Part shown: in pieces, positions 41,830 to 50,243 of the stretch
How the letters are laid out: each line of letters starts with the position of its first letter
Position numbering within the stretch: position 1 is the stretch's first letter
Made by a program: the position numbers and the translations under genes
Assembly: GCA_963666735.1 (NCBI GenBank)
Contig: OY762926.1
Coordinates: 800,001-864,000, forward strand
DNA from: Gemmatimonadota bacterium
Lineage (GTDB): Bacteria > Gemmatimonadota > Gemmatimonadetes > Palauibacterales > Palauibacteraceae
Length of the DNA: 64,000 nucleotides
Direction of reading: 5' to 3'
Notes under the pieces: generated by a model
The model's database searches: none
Seen by the model: only the letters and a program-made list of their open reading frames with translations
Told to the model about the DNA's origin: nothing

Positions 41830-43672
41830 CGGAATCGGACTGCTCCCCCTCGTCCGTGTCGTCCGCCGCGGCGCCGGACTTCGACGCCGCCATGTTCTCG
41901 TACTCTACTTCCTCGGCGTCGTACGGGACATCCGGCGCGTCGACGACGGCGAGAACGATGCGGCGGTTGATGGGATCGGTCTCAAGTACGCGCAACTCGA
42001 GCCGATGCCCCTCGTCAAAGTGGTCGGAAGGCTCGTCGATCGTCGCCTCCACGCCGAGTTGCGAGATCGGCACGAACCCTTCGAGGTCGCTCCCGAGGTT
42101 CACGACGACGCCCTTCTCGAGCAGCCGCGTGATCGAGCCCGCCACTTCTCGCCCCGGCTGGTAGGCCTGCGCGAGCTGGTACCACGGATCTTCCTGCACC
42201 TGCTTCAATCCGAGGGAGATCCGCTTCTGGTCGGGATCGATCGAGAGCACGACGACATCGACCTCCTCCCCCTTGCGGAGCACCTCGGCCGGATGCTGCA
42301 CCCGCCGTGTCCAGCTCATGTCGGAGATATGGACGAGACCGTCGATTCCCGCCTCGACCTCCACGAAGGCGCCGAAGGACGTGAGGTTGCGGACCAGCCC
42401 GCGGATCTTCGTCCCCGGCGGGTACTGCGCCGGGAGGGCCAGCCACGGGTCCTCCTCCACCTGCTTCATGCCGAGCGAGATCTTCTGCGCCTCCTCATCG
42501 ACGCGCAGGACGACGCATTCGACCTTGTCGTTGATGCCGACCAGCTGGGAGGGATGGCGGACGTTGCGGGTCCACGACATCTCGGAGATGTGGACGAGAC
42601 CCTCGATACCGCGCTCGAGTTCGACGAAGGCGCCGTAGTTCGTGATCGACACGACCCGGCCCAGCACGCGTGTCCCGACCGGGTATTTCTCGGCCACGTT
42701 CTTCCAGGGGTACTCCTGAAGCTGCTTGAGGCCGAGCGAGATTCTCTCGCGGTCCCAGTCGATGTCGAGGATCTTGATCTCGAGCGTCTGGCCGATCTCG
42801 CAGACTTCCGAGGGATGGCCGATGCGCCCCCAGGACATGTCGGTGATGTGGAGGAGGCCGTCCATCCCGCCGAGGTCGATGAAGGCGCCGAAGTCGGTGA
42901 TGTTCTTGACGATTCCCGCGCGCACGTCGCCGACCGACAGCTCCTTCTTGAGTTCCTCGCGCTTCCCCGCCCGTTCCTCCTCGAGCAGGACGCGGCGGCT
43001 CACCACGATGTTCCGGCGGCGCTTGTTGAGCTTGAGGATCTTGAAGTCGTACTCGTCGCCGAGAAGATCGTCGACGTTGGGCACGCGGCGAAGTGCGATC
43101 TGGGACCCCGGAAGGAACGCGTCGACCCCCATGAGGTCGACGGTGACGCCACCCTTGATCTTCCGCTTGATGCGCCCCTGCACCGGACGGTCGTTGTCGA
43201 AGGCGTCCTTGATCTTCTCCCAGACGCGGAGGAAATCCGCCTTCTTCTTCGACAGGACGACGACGCCTTCCTCATCCTCGAGGCTCTCGAGGAGGACGTC
43301 GACGGAATCGCCCATCTGCACTTCGTCCGGATCCGCGAACTCGTCGAGCGGGACGGCCCCTTCGGACTTGAAGCCGACATCGAGGATGATGTCCGTCTCC
43401 GTCTTTCCGATAACCTGCGCGGAGACGATCTCGCCTTCCGTGATGCGGCTTAGGGTGTCCTCGTAGAGCGCGTAGAGTTCGGCGTACTCCGCCTGGTCGT
43501 GCTGGGAGTCATCCCGAGGGTCCGCGTCGAGATCCAGGTCGATGGCGCTGGGCTCGAAGGCGGCCGGGGTCGCGACCGCGACCTCCGCGTCTTCCTGAAC
43601 GGCGTCGTCGACTTCCGTCGGCGCGTCCGTGGTCTCGGGGGCGTCGGTCTGAGGGTTCGTGTCGTCGGGCAT
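41810..43672 (-). CDS. rpsA: 30S ribosomal protein S1
   Basis: Six S1 repeats (DVGFKSEG, AFLPGSQ, DFGAF, GLVHISEMSW). Confidence 0.97.
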   Translation of the reverse strand: MPDDTNPQTDAPETTDAPTEVDDAVQEDAEVAVATPAAFEPSAIDLDLDADPRDDSQHDQAEYAELYALYEDTLSRITEGEIVSAQVIGKTETDIILDVGFKSEGAVPLDEFADPDEVQMGDSVDVLLESLEDEEGVVVLSKKKADFLRVWEKIKDAFDNDRPVQGRIKRKIKGGVTVDLMGVDAFLPGSQIALRRVPNVDDLLGDEYDFKILKLNKRRRNIVVSRRVLLEEERAGKREELKKELSVGDVRAGIVKNITDFGAFIDLGGMDGLLHITDMSWGRIGHPSEVCEIGQTLEIKILDIDWDRERISLGLKQLQEYPWKNVAEKYPVGTRVLGRVVSITNYGAFVELERGIEGLVHISEMSWTRNVRHPSQLVGINDKVECVVLRVDEEAQKISLGMKQVEEDPWLALPAQYPPGTKIRGLVRNLTSFGAFVEVEAGIDGLVHISDMSWTRRVQHPAEVLRKGEEVDVVVLSIDPDQKRISLGLKQVQEDPWYQLAQAYQPGREVAGSITRLLEKGVVVNLGSDLEGFVPISQLGVEATIDEPSDHFDEGHRLELRVLETDPINRRIVLAVVDAPDVPYDAEEVEYENMAASKSGAAADDTDEGEQSDSGGEAGE

Positions 43673-43853
43673 AGGGAATCAAGCTCCCGCGCGGAGCCAA
43701 CGGTGCGTCCCGCCGGGCCTCGTGGCAAAAAAGAATCGACCTCAACCGAGCTTCACCACTTCCGCCCAGCCGCCGGCCGATCCCTGTGTCGGGTCTCCAC
43801 AGGATGCGGGGCGAAGCGCCACTTTTTCCGCCACGATCCTCGAACAGTAAGCC

Positions 43854-43882
43854 AACCTAGATTCAAGCTGCGGAAGCGTCAA
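43854..43882 (-). promoter_or_regulatory. Putative sigma70-type promoter for rpsA
   Basis: TTGACG-N17-TAGGTT; the -35 overlaps the aroA-cmk stop codon. Confidence 0.55.
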
Positions 43883-45858
43883 CGGAACGCGGCGGCCGCA
43901 AGATCGAGGATCGCATCCACGACATCGTCCGGGGGCATGGCAGTCGTGTCGATCTCGATCGAGTCGGGGGGCCGCCGCAGCGGGGACAGCGGGCGCGAGC
44001 GATCCAGCCGGTCGCGCGCCTCGAGACGCCGGGTCTCGCGCTCGACGTCGTCCTCCGTGAAGGAAACGGCGCGCTGGCGCAGTCGACGACGGGCTCTCTC
44101 GCCGGCTTCCGCCACGAGGAAGATCTTCAGGTCCGCATCGGGGAAGACGGCGGTGCCGATGTCGCGTCCGTCGCAGACGATCTCGTGGTGGCGGCCCGCC
44201 CGGCACAGCCGCTCCAGCACGACCTCCCGAACCGCGGGAAGCGTGGAAACGGCGGACACCCGCGCGGTCACCTCGGACGATGCGAGGGCCGGGCCGGGCC
44301 GGGCTCCCGCGACGGACACATCGAATCCGTCGCGTCCGGGGACGAGAGCGAGGTCCAGCCCGGGCACCGCGGCCTCGATGGACGGCGCGTCCTCCGCAAT
44401 GCCCCTGTCGAGAGCCCACCAGGTGATCGCCCGGTAGAGCAGCCCGGAGTTCACGTGCACGAAGCCGAGTCGCCGGGCCACGCTCCGGGCCGTGCTGCTC
44501 TTGCCCGAAGCGGCGGGGCCGTCCACCGCGATCACTCGACCCGCCGGCGAAGAACGCCCTCGGCGGGAGTCGCGGCGGAAGGGTTCCAGCGCCTCCCAGA
44601 AATCCGGATACGAGACGTCCGCGCACGCGCGGTCGTCGATCCGCAGGTCGGCGTCTCCCGCCGCGTCAAGAACCCCGAACGCCATGGCGATTCGGTGGTC
44701 GCCGCGCGTCTCGACGTCGCCGCTCAACCGTCCGGCACGACCCTGGATCGCGAGGCCGCCGGGCGTCTCCTCCACGATGACACCGAGCTTCTCGAGCGTG
44801 CGCGCCAGCACGGCAAGGCGATCGCTTTCCTTCACGCGCAGTTCGGCGGCATCGCGAATCTCGGAACGACCCCGCGCCCGGACGGCGAGGATGGCGAGAA
44901 GCGGAATCTCGTCGATCACCCGCGGGATCAGATCGCCGCCGATCGAGAACGCCCGCAGGCCATCCGGCGGATGGACCGTCCACGTCTCCCGCGGTTCCCC
45001 GCCCGGGGCCGGCGCCGGGTCGCGGTCCACGCCGGCCCCCATCTCCTCGAGCACGGAGAGAAAGCCGGTGCGCCCGGGATTGGCCGCCACGGCCTCCACC
45101 CTCACCGTTCGGCCGCCGAGGAGCGACGCCCCGATCAGGAAGGCGGCCGAGGAGGGGTCGCCGGGCACGGTCATGCGGAGCCCCTCGAGCGCGCCTTCCC
45201 AATCGGCCGGGTCGAAACTCACGTCCCCCGCCCCGGTCCGCCCGGGATCGAAGGTGAGCGGCACCCCCATCTCGGCCAGCATGCGCTCGGTATGGTCCCG
45301 GGAGAGGGCGGGCTCGCTGACCTCGACCCGCACGCGGGCCAACACGCCCGCCAGGAGCACCGCCGACTTGACCTGGGCGCTGGCGACCCTGCCGCGGTGG
45401 CGCAGGGTCCTCAGTGTCCCCGTGGCTCGCCCGCGGAGCCGCACCGGAAGCCGGTCCGGCTCCCCGTCGTACTCGATGCGCGCCCCCATGGCCTGCAGCG
45501 GATAGATGACGCGGCGCATGGGTCGGCTGCGAAGCGACGGGTCTCCGTCCAGGACCGCGGGGATGCCGGAACCCGCCAGGATCCCGGCGAGGAGGCGCGC
45601 GGTCGTCCCGCTGTTCCCGCAATCGAGCCGCGGAGCCGAGGCGACGTTCAGCCCGCCGCCCGCGCAGCGGATCGTGAGACCGGGCTCGTCCTCCTCACAC
45701 TCGACCGCGGCGCCGAGTCGCTGCATCGCTTGTACGCTCGCCCGCACATCGACGCCGTTCGACAGGCCCCGCACGACGGATGCCGATGAGGCGAGCGGCG
45801 CGAGGAGCGCGGCGCGGTGGGAGATCGACTTGTCCCCCGGTACGCGCACGCGGATCAA
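43879..45858 (-). CDS. aroA: Fused EPSP synthase / cytidylate kinase (AroA-Cmk)
   Basis: PGDKSISHR, CGNSGTT, SAQVKS, RVKESDR, DHRIAM, then in frame VDGPAASGKS, DGRDIG, RDRLD. Confidence 0.93.
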   Translation of the reverse strand: MIRVRVPGDKSISHRAALLAPLASSASVVRGLSNGVDVRASVQAMQRLGAAVECEEDEPGLTIRCAGGGLNVASAPRLDCGNSGTTARLLAGILAGSGIPAVLDGDPSLRSRPMRRVIYPLQAMGARIEYDGEPDRLPVRLRGRATGTLRTLRHRGRVASAQVKSAVLLAGVLARVRVEVSEPALSRDHTERMLAEMGVPLTFDPGRTGAGDVSFDPADWEGALEGLRMTVPGDPSSAAFLIGASLLGGRTVRVEAVAANPGRTGFLSVLEEMGAGVDRDPAPAPGGEPRETWTVHPPDGLRAFSIGGDLIPRVIDEIPLLAILAVRARGRSEIRDAAELRVKESDRLAVLARTLEKLGVIVEETPGGLAIQGRAGRLSGDVETRGDHRIAMAFGVLDAAGDADLRIDDRACADVSYPDFWEALEPFRRDSRRGRSSPAGRVIAVDGPAASGKSSTARSVARRLGFVHVNSGLLYRAITWWALDRGIAEDAPSIEAAVPGLDLALVPGRDGFDVSVAGARPGPALASSEVTARVSAVSTLPAVREVVLERLCRAGRHHEIVCDGRDIGTAVFPDADLKIFLVAEAGERARRRLRQRAVSFTEDDVERETRRLEARDRLDRSRPLSPLRRPPDSIEIDTTAMPPDDVVDAILDLAAAAFR

Positions 45859-46793
45859 GGGTCCGGATCTCCGGCGTCCGCGTCATCGAACGTGACCCCG
45901 GTGGACCAGCCGTCACGCGCGAGTTCCGCGCGGGGGAAGACCGCGCGCGCCTCCTCCAGCAGTTGTGCCGGCCGCTCGGCGTAGCGGGCGCTGATGTGCG
46001 TCAACACGAGCCGCCGCACCCCCGCCTCGCGCGCGACCCCGGCCGCGCCGGCGGCGGTGGAGTGGCCGGTCTCCCGCGCCCGACCCCGTTCCTCCTCCGT
46101 GAACGTCGCCTCGTGCACGAGGATGTCCGCGTCGCGCGAGATTCGGACCGTCTCCGGACAGGGGCGCGTGTCCCCCGTGTACACAACCTTCCTGCCCGGC
46201 CGCGGGGGACCCACGAGATCCGCGGGGTCGATGCGCCGGCCGCCCTCGAGATCCACGCTCTCCCCGCGATGGAGGCGGCCGAAGAGCGGACCTTCCGGGA
46301 CGCCCAGCTCGCGTGCGGCCGCCACATCGAACCTCCCTGGACGCGCATCCTCGATGAGGACGTATCCGAGGGAACGCCGCGTATGCTCGGTCGCGAACGC
46401 CTCCACCCGAAAACCGTCCCCTTCGACCGCCTCGCCCGTCCGGAGCTCGTGCACCGTCGCGTCGAACGCCAGCCGGTCCCCTCCAAGGTCCCGGAGCGCG
46501 CGGAGCGTCCCGCCCGTGCCGTGCGGCGCCCAGATCCGGAGCGGCCCGTCGCGGCCCTGGAGGCTCATGGTGCGGAGCAGACCCGCCAGCCCGAGGTAGT
46601 GGTCGGAGTGAAGGTGCGTGATGAGGATATCGTCGAGGGAAAAACCCACCCCGTACCGCATCATCTGCCGCTGCGTTCCCTCGCCGCAGTCAAGGAGAAA
46701 CAACCGCCCCTCGCGCTTCAGGGCGAGCGACGAAACGTTCCGCGACACGGTGGGCCGCGAGGAAGCCGTTCCGAGAAACGTCAGTCGGAGGAT
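45855..46793 (-). CDS. rnz: Ribonuclease Z
   Basis: TFLGT, DCGEGTQRQ, THLHSDH, GDT, HEATF, GHST; start apparently ATC after AAGGAG. Confidence 0.93.
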   Translation of the reverse strand: MLRLTFLGTASSRPTVSRNVSSLALKREGRLFLLDCGEGTQRQMMRYGVGFSLDDILITHLHSDHYLGLAGLLRTMSLQGRDGPLRIWAPHGTGGTLRALRDLGGDRLAFDATVHELRTGEAVEGDGFRVEAFATEHTRRSLGYVLIEDARPGRFDVAAARELGVPEGPLFGRLHRGESVDLEGGRRIDPADLVGPPRPGRKVVYTGDTRPCPETVRISRDADILVHEATFTEEERGRARETGHSTAAGAAGVAREAGVRRLVLTHISARYAERPAQLLEEARAVFPRAELARDGWSTGVTFDDADAGDPDP

Positions 46794-47248
46794 GGCGCGA
46801 CTCCTTCGGGTCCCGGGGGGGCGCCGATTCGCGCGATGAGTTCCGCGTCCGACATCTCGGAGAGCCTGGCGCCGTTCAGTTCCACCACGGGGCGCTCGTC
46901 GGTGATGCAGCTCAGGCGGAGGCCGACGGTATCCGCCGCGCTCCCCCCCTCCGCCCACACCGGTCCCATGCTCTGGGCGAGCCAGAGCGCTCCCGTGCCG
47001 TCGCTGACCCGGCGCTCGGTCCTCGTGAGCTCTCTTCCCGCCTCCCACAACGCGCGGAAGGCCTCGTCATCGAGATCCGGGAGGGCCGGTCCCGCCGGAA
47101 GCGCCGTCCGCCGGTCCGCGCGCTCCGGGTCGTCGCACACGAAGTAGCCGAGGCCGAGGCCGGACGGCGCCCGGGCGGCGGCGTACAACGTCCAGGATGC
47201 ACCATCGATCGAGCCCGACCGTCGCGGGCGGGCACCGGCGCCCGTCAT
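46781..47248 (-). CDS. Hypothetical protein
   Basis: ATGA-coupled to the upstream E1-alpha gene, fills the gap to rnz, protein-like composition. Confidence 0.65.
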   Translation of the reverse strand: MTGAGARPRRSGSIDGASWTLYAAARAPSGLGLGYFVCDDPERADRRTALPAGPALPDLDDEAFRALWEAGRELTRTERRVSDGTGALWLAQSMGPVWAEGGSAADTVGLRLSCITDERPVVELNGARLSEMSDAELIARIGAPPGPEGVAPSSD

Positions 47249-48384
47249 GCCGTCACCTCGCCGTACACGCCGAGCGTCACCGTGTCGCCGCGGGGGGGCG
47301 CCTTCTCACGGCTCGCCAAGGCCTCGCCCGCGGCCTGCTCGATCTCCGCCTCCACTTCGCGCTCCACCGCTGCGAGTTTGCGGAGGTTCCGCGCTCGCAG
47401 GCCACCGGCGCCGGCGACTCCGAGATCGATCCCCGCCAGGTACTCCTCGTAGAGCCCGATCGGGTCGCGCCGCCCCCAGTACCGGAACAATTCGCGCGAA
47501 AAAGTGGCCCGGGCCTCGCGCACATCGTGCGTCGCGTGGCCGCCCATGCGGAAAGTGCGCGCCTCGATGAGCTGGGGGCCCGTCCCCTTCCGGCAGCGTT
47601 CGGCCGCCACCCGCGTGGCCGCATAGACCTCGAGCACGTGGTTCCCGTCCACCGATACGGACGGAATCCCGTACGCCGCGCCCCAGTCCGAGAAGTCCGG
47701 CGGCACGTGGTGCTGGTCCAGCCGCGTCCCCAGCGCCACCTGGTTGTTCTGGATGATGAAGACGATCGGCAACCCGAGCGAGGCCGCGAAGGCGAACGCC
47801 TCGTGCGCCTCGCCGTGTTTCGTCGCCCCGTCCCCGACCCAGGTCAGCGCCACCCGGGGCTCGCCGCGGATCCGGAAGGCAAGCGCAAACCCGTTCATGA
47901 CGGTCGACAGCGTGGCGACCATGCTGACCGGCGGACACACGCCGTAGCGGAGATCTCCCAGGTGCAGGTCCCGTCCCCCCGCCGGCGCGTCCGCCGTCCC
48001 GAGGTAGGTGCGAAACACCTCCGCCATCGGCATGCCCATCTCGTGGTTCGCGCCCTGGTTGCGGATCATGGGCCCCACGATATCCCCGTCGGCACCGCGC
48101 CGGTCGAGCGCGTTCACCGCCCCCACGGTCACGGCTTCCTCGCCGGTCCCGAGCCACGCCTTCGAGATCACGCCCTGTTTCACCCACCGCGTGAGGGCGA
48201 TGTCGCTGAGGCGGAAACGGAGGAGTCCCCGATACAGCGCGAGGTGCGCTTCGGGAGGCAGCGCGGCGATCTCCCGCTCGCGGGCGGCGTCCGCCCGGAT
48301 GCGCGACCTGTACTCCTCCAGGAGTTCGGGGTCCGGCTGCCAGGAAACGTACTCAGGGGGGTCGTAGGCCGAGTATCGACGCAT
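47245..48384 (-). CDS. TPP-dependent 2-oxoacid dehydrogenase E1 alpha subunit
   Basis: GEEA, GDG...NN TPP motif, VDGN, RMGGHATHD. Confidence 0.9.
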   Translation of the reverse strand: MRRYSAYDPPEYVSWQPDPELLEEYRSRIRADAAREREIAALPPEAHLALYRGLLRFRLSDIALTRWVKQGVISKAWLGTGEEAVTVGAVNALDRRGADGDIVGPMIRNQGANHEMGMPMAEVFRTYLGTADAPAGGRDLHLGDLRYGVCPPVSMVATLSTVMNGFALAFRIRGEPRVALTWVGDGATKHGEAHEAFAFAASLGLPIVFIIQNNQVALGTRLDQHHVPPDFSDWGAAYGIPSVSVDGNHVLEVYAATRVAAERCRKGTGPQLIEARTFRMGGHATHDVREARATFSRELFRYWGRRDPIGLYEEYLAGIDLGVAGAGGLRARNLRKLAAVEREVEAEIEQAAGEALASREKAPPRGDTVTLGVYGEVTA

Positions 48385-48550
48385 CGTCCAGGTCCTCGTG
48401 GTCCGGCAGGCCGGGAAGTGGCCCGTCGCGCGGCACATCCTAAGCCTTCGCCCCGGAGCGCGCGAACCGATAATCTACGATTGGGACACCGCGCGGCCGA
48501 GGCGCCGCGCCCTGCGACCGAGGCGCCACGATGAACCCAGGCAAAAGGCA

Positions 48551-49354
48551 GTGAAACCGTGCCCACGCTGCCGGTGCAGCGTACCGGACGCGACGCGGAC
48601 CTGTCCGCACTGCCGCGCGAAGCAGAGGCGCGGCGACCGCACGCCCCAGATGGTCCTCGGCTTCGTCACGGTGGCCGCCGCCGCGCTGGCCGCGCTCGGA
48701 TCCTGTCCGAGCCTCGCCGGCCAGCCGCCGGGCGGGTCGCAGCGGACGGACCCGCCGACGATCGCCCGCCTGCGGTACGACGGCGGGGGCGACTGGTACG
48801 CGAACCCCTCAAGCCTCGACAACCTCCTGGAGCAGATCCGGTCCCGGACCGGAATTCCGGTGGCCCACCGTCCCGCGGAGGTGGGCGCGGCGGATCCCGA
48901 CCTCGCCGACCATCCGTACCTGTACGCGACGGGACACGGGAACATGTCCTTCAGTACGCTCGAGATCGAACGCCTGCGCGCCTACCTGTACGGGGGCGGC
49001 TTCCTGCACGTGGACGACAACTACGGCCTGGACGAGTCTTTCCGCCGAGAGGTGGCCCGGCTCTTTCCGGAACTGCCCCTCGCCGAGGTGCCGCTCACAC
49101 ACAGCGTCTACCGGATCTTCTACGAGATGCCGGACGGCCTGCCCAAGATTCACGAACACGACGGGAACCCCGCACAGGGGTTCGGCATCTTCCTCGATGG
49201 CCGCCTCGCGGTCTACTACAGCTTCGAGTCCGACCTCGGGGACGGATGGGAGGACGAAGGCGTGCACGGGGACGCGCCCCAGGTACGGGAGTCCGCGATC
49301 AGGATGGGCGTGAACCTCTTCCTCTACGCGCTCTCCGCGACCCCGGCCCGCTGA
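48551..49354 (+). CDS. DUF4159 domain protein, possibly with N-terminal zinc ribbon
   Basis: RLRYDGGGDWYANP, YATGHG, GGFLHVDDNYG, DLGDGWED, RMGVNL. Confidence 0.85.
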   Translation: MKPCPRCRCSVPDATRTCPHCRAKQRRGDRTPQMVLGFVTVAAAALAALGSCPSLAGQPPGGSQRTDPPTIARLRYDGGGDWYANPSSLDNLLEQIRSRTGIPVAHRPAEVGAADPDLADHPYLYATGHGNMSFSTLEIERLRAYLYGGGFLHVDDNYGLDESFRREVARLFPELPLAEVPLTHSVYRIFYEMPDGLPKIHEHDGNPAQGFGIFLDGRLAVYYSFESDLGDGWEDEGVHGDAPQVRESAIRMGVNLFLYALSATPAR

Positions 49355-49369
49355 GGACCCGACACCACA

Positions 49370-49666
49370 TTAGGCCCCGAACTTGCCGAAGATCGCCATC
49401 AGCCCGACGACGATGGCGGTGGCGATGAAGGTCCCCCAGGCGAAGATAGCGGTGAGGACCGGACCGTCGGACTTCAGGTGCATGAAGAACATCGCGACGA
49501 GCGCGAACTTCGCCGCCATCATCACGAGCAGAATCGGGATGAGCACCGGCGCGAGCGCCTCGATGTAGAACACCATCACCTCGAGCGCCGTCAGCGCGGC
49601 GAGGATGACCGCGATGGAGACGTAGAGGCGCGTGCTCGGGTGCGACTCAGCGGAGTGGCGGCTCAC
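49370..49666 (-). CDS. ctaF: Cytochrome c oxidase subunit IV
   Basis: LTALEV, KFALVAMFFMHL. Confidence 0.85.
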   Translation of the reverse strand: MSRHSAESHPSTRLYVSIAVILAALTALEVMVFYIEALAPVLIPILLVMMAAKFALVAMFFMHLKSDGPVLTAIFAWGTFIATAIVVGLMAIFGKFGA

Positions 49667-49673
49667 GTGTGCC

Positions 49674-50243
49674 TCACACCAGCAGGTAGATGAGGGTGAA
49701 GAGGATAATCCACACGACGTCCACGAAGTGCCAGTAGAGGCCGGCGATCTCCACCGTCTCCGCATGGCGGGCGTCGAGCTTCCCGTTCACCGTCCTCACG
49801 AGGAGCGTGCTCAACCAGATCACGCCTCCGGCGACGTGGGCGCCGTGCGTTCCCGTCAGGACGAAGAAGGTCGACGAGAACAGGTTCCTCGACAGCGGCA
49901 ACCCTTCGTGCACGAAGTGGTTGAACTCGTAGTACTGGCCGCCGAGGAAGATCAGGCCGAACAGCGCCGTCAGGGAGAGCCACAGCTTCGTCGCCCGCAG
50001 ATCGTTCCTCTGCACCGCCGCGAGCGCGAGTACCATCATGAGGCTGCTCATCAGGAGCACGAAGGTCGTGACGGTGATGAACGGGATGTTCAGGAGGTCG
50101 TGCGGATAGGGCGGCACGAGGTTCCGGCCGCGATAGATCATGTACGTGGCGATCAGGGTGCCGAAGAGCATGCACTCCGATCCGATGAAGGTCCACATCG
50201 CGAGCTTGCGGTTCGGGATTCCGGTCGAGGTCGGCCCCTCCAT
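49674..50243 (-). CDS. ctaE: Cytochrome c oxidase subunit III
   Basis: WTFIGSE, LTGTHGAHV, GLYWHFVDVVW. Confidence 0.93.
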   Translation of the reverse strand: MEGPTSTGIPNRKLAMWTFIGSECMLFGTLIATYMIYRGRNLVPPYPHDLLNIPFITVTTFVLLMSSLMMVLALAAVQRNDLRATKLWLSLTALFGLIFLGGQYYEFNHFVHEGLPLSRNLFSSTFFVLTGTHGAHVAGGVIWLSTLLVRTVNGKLDARHAETVEIAGLYWHFVDVVWIILFTLIYLLV

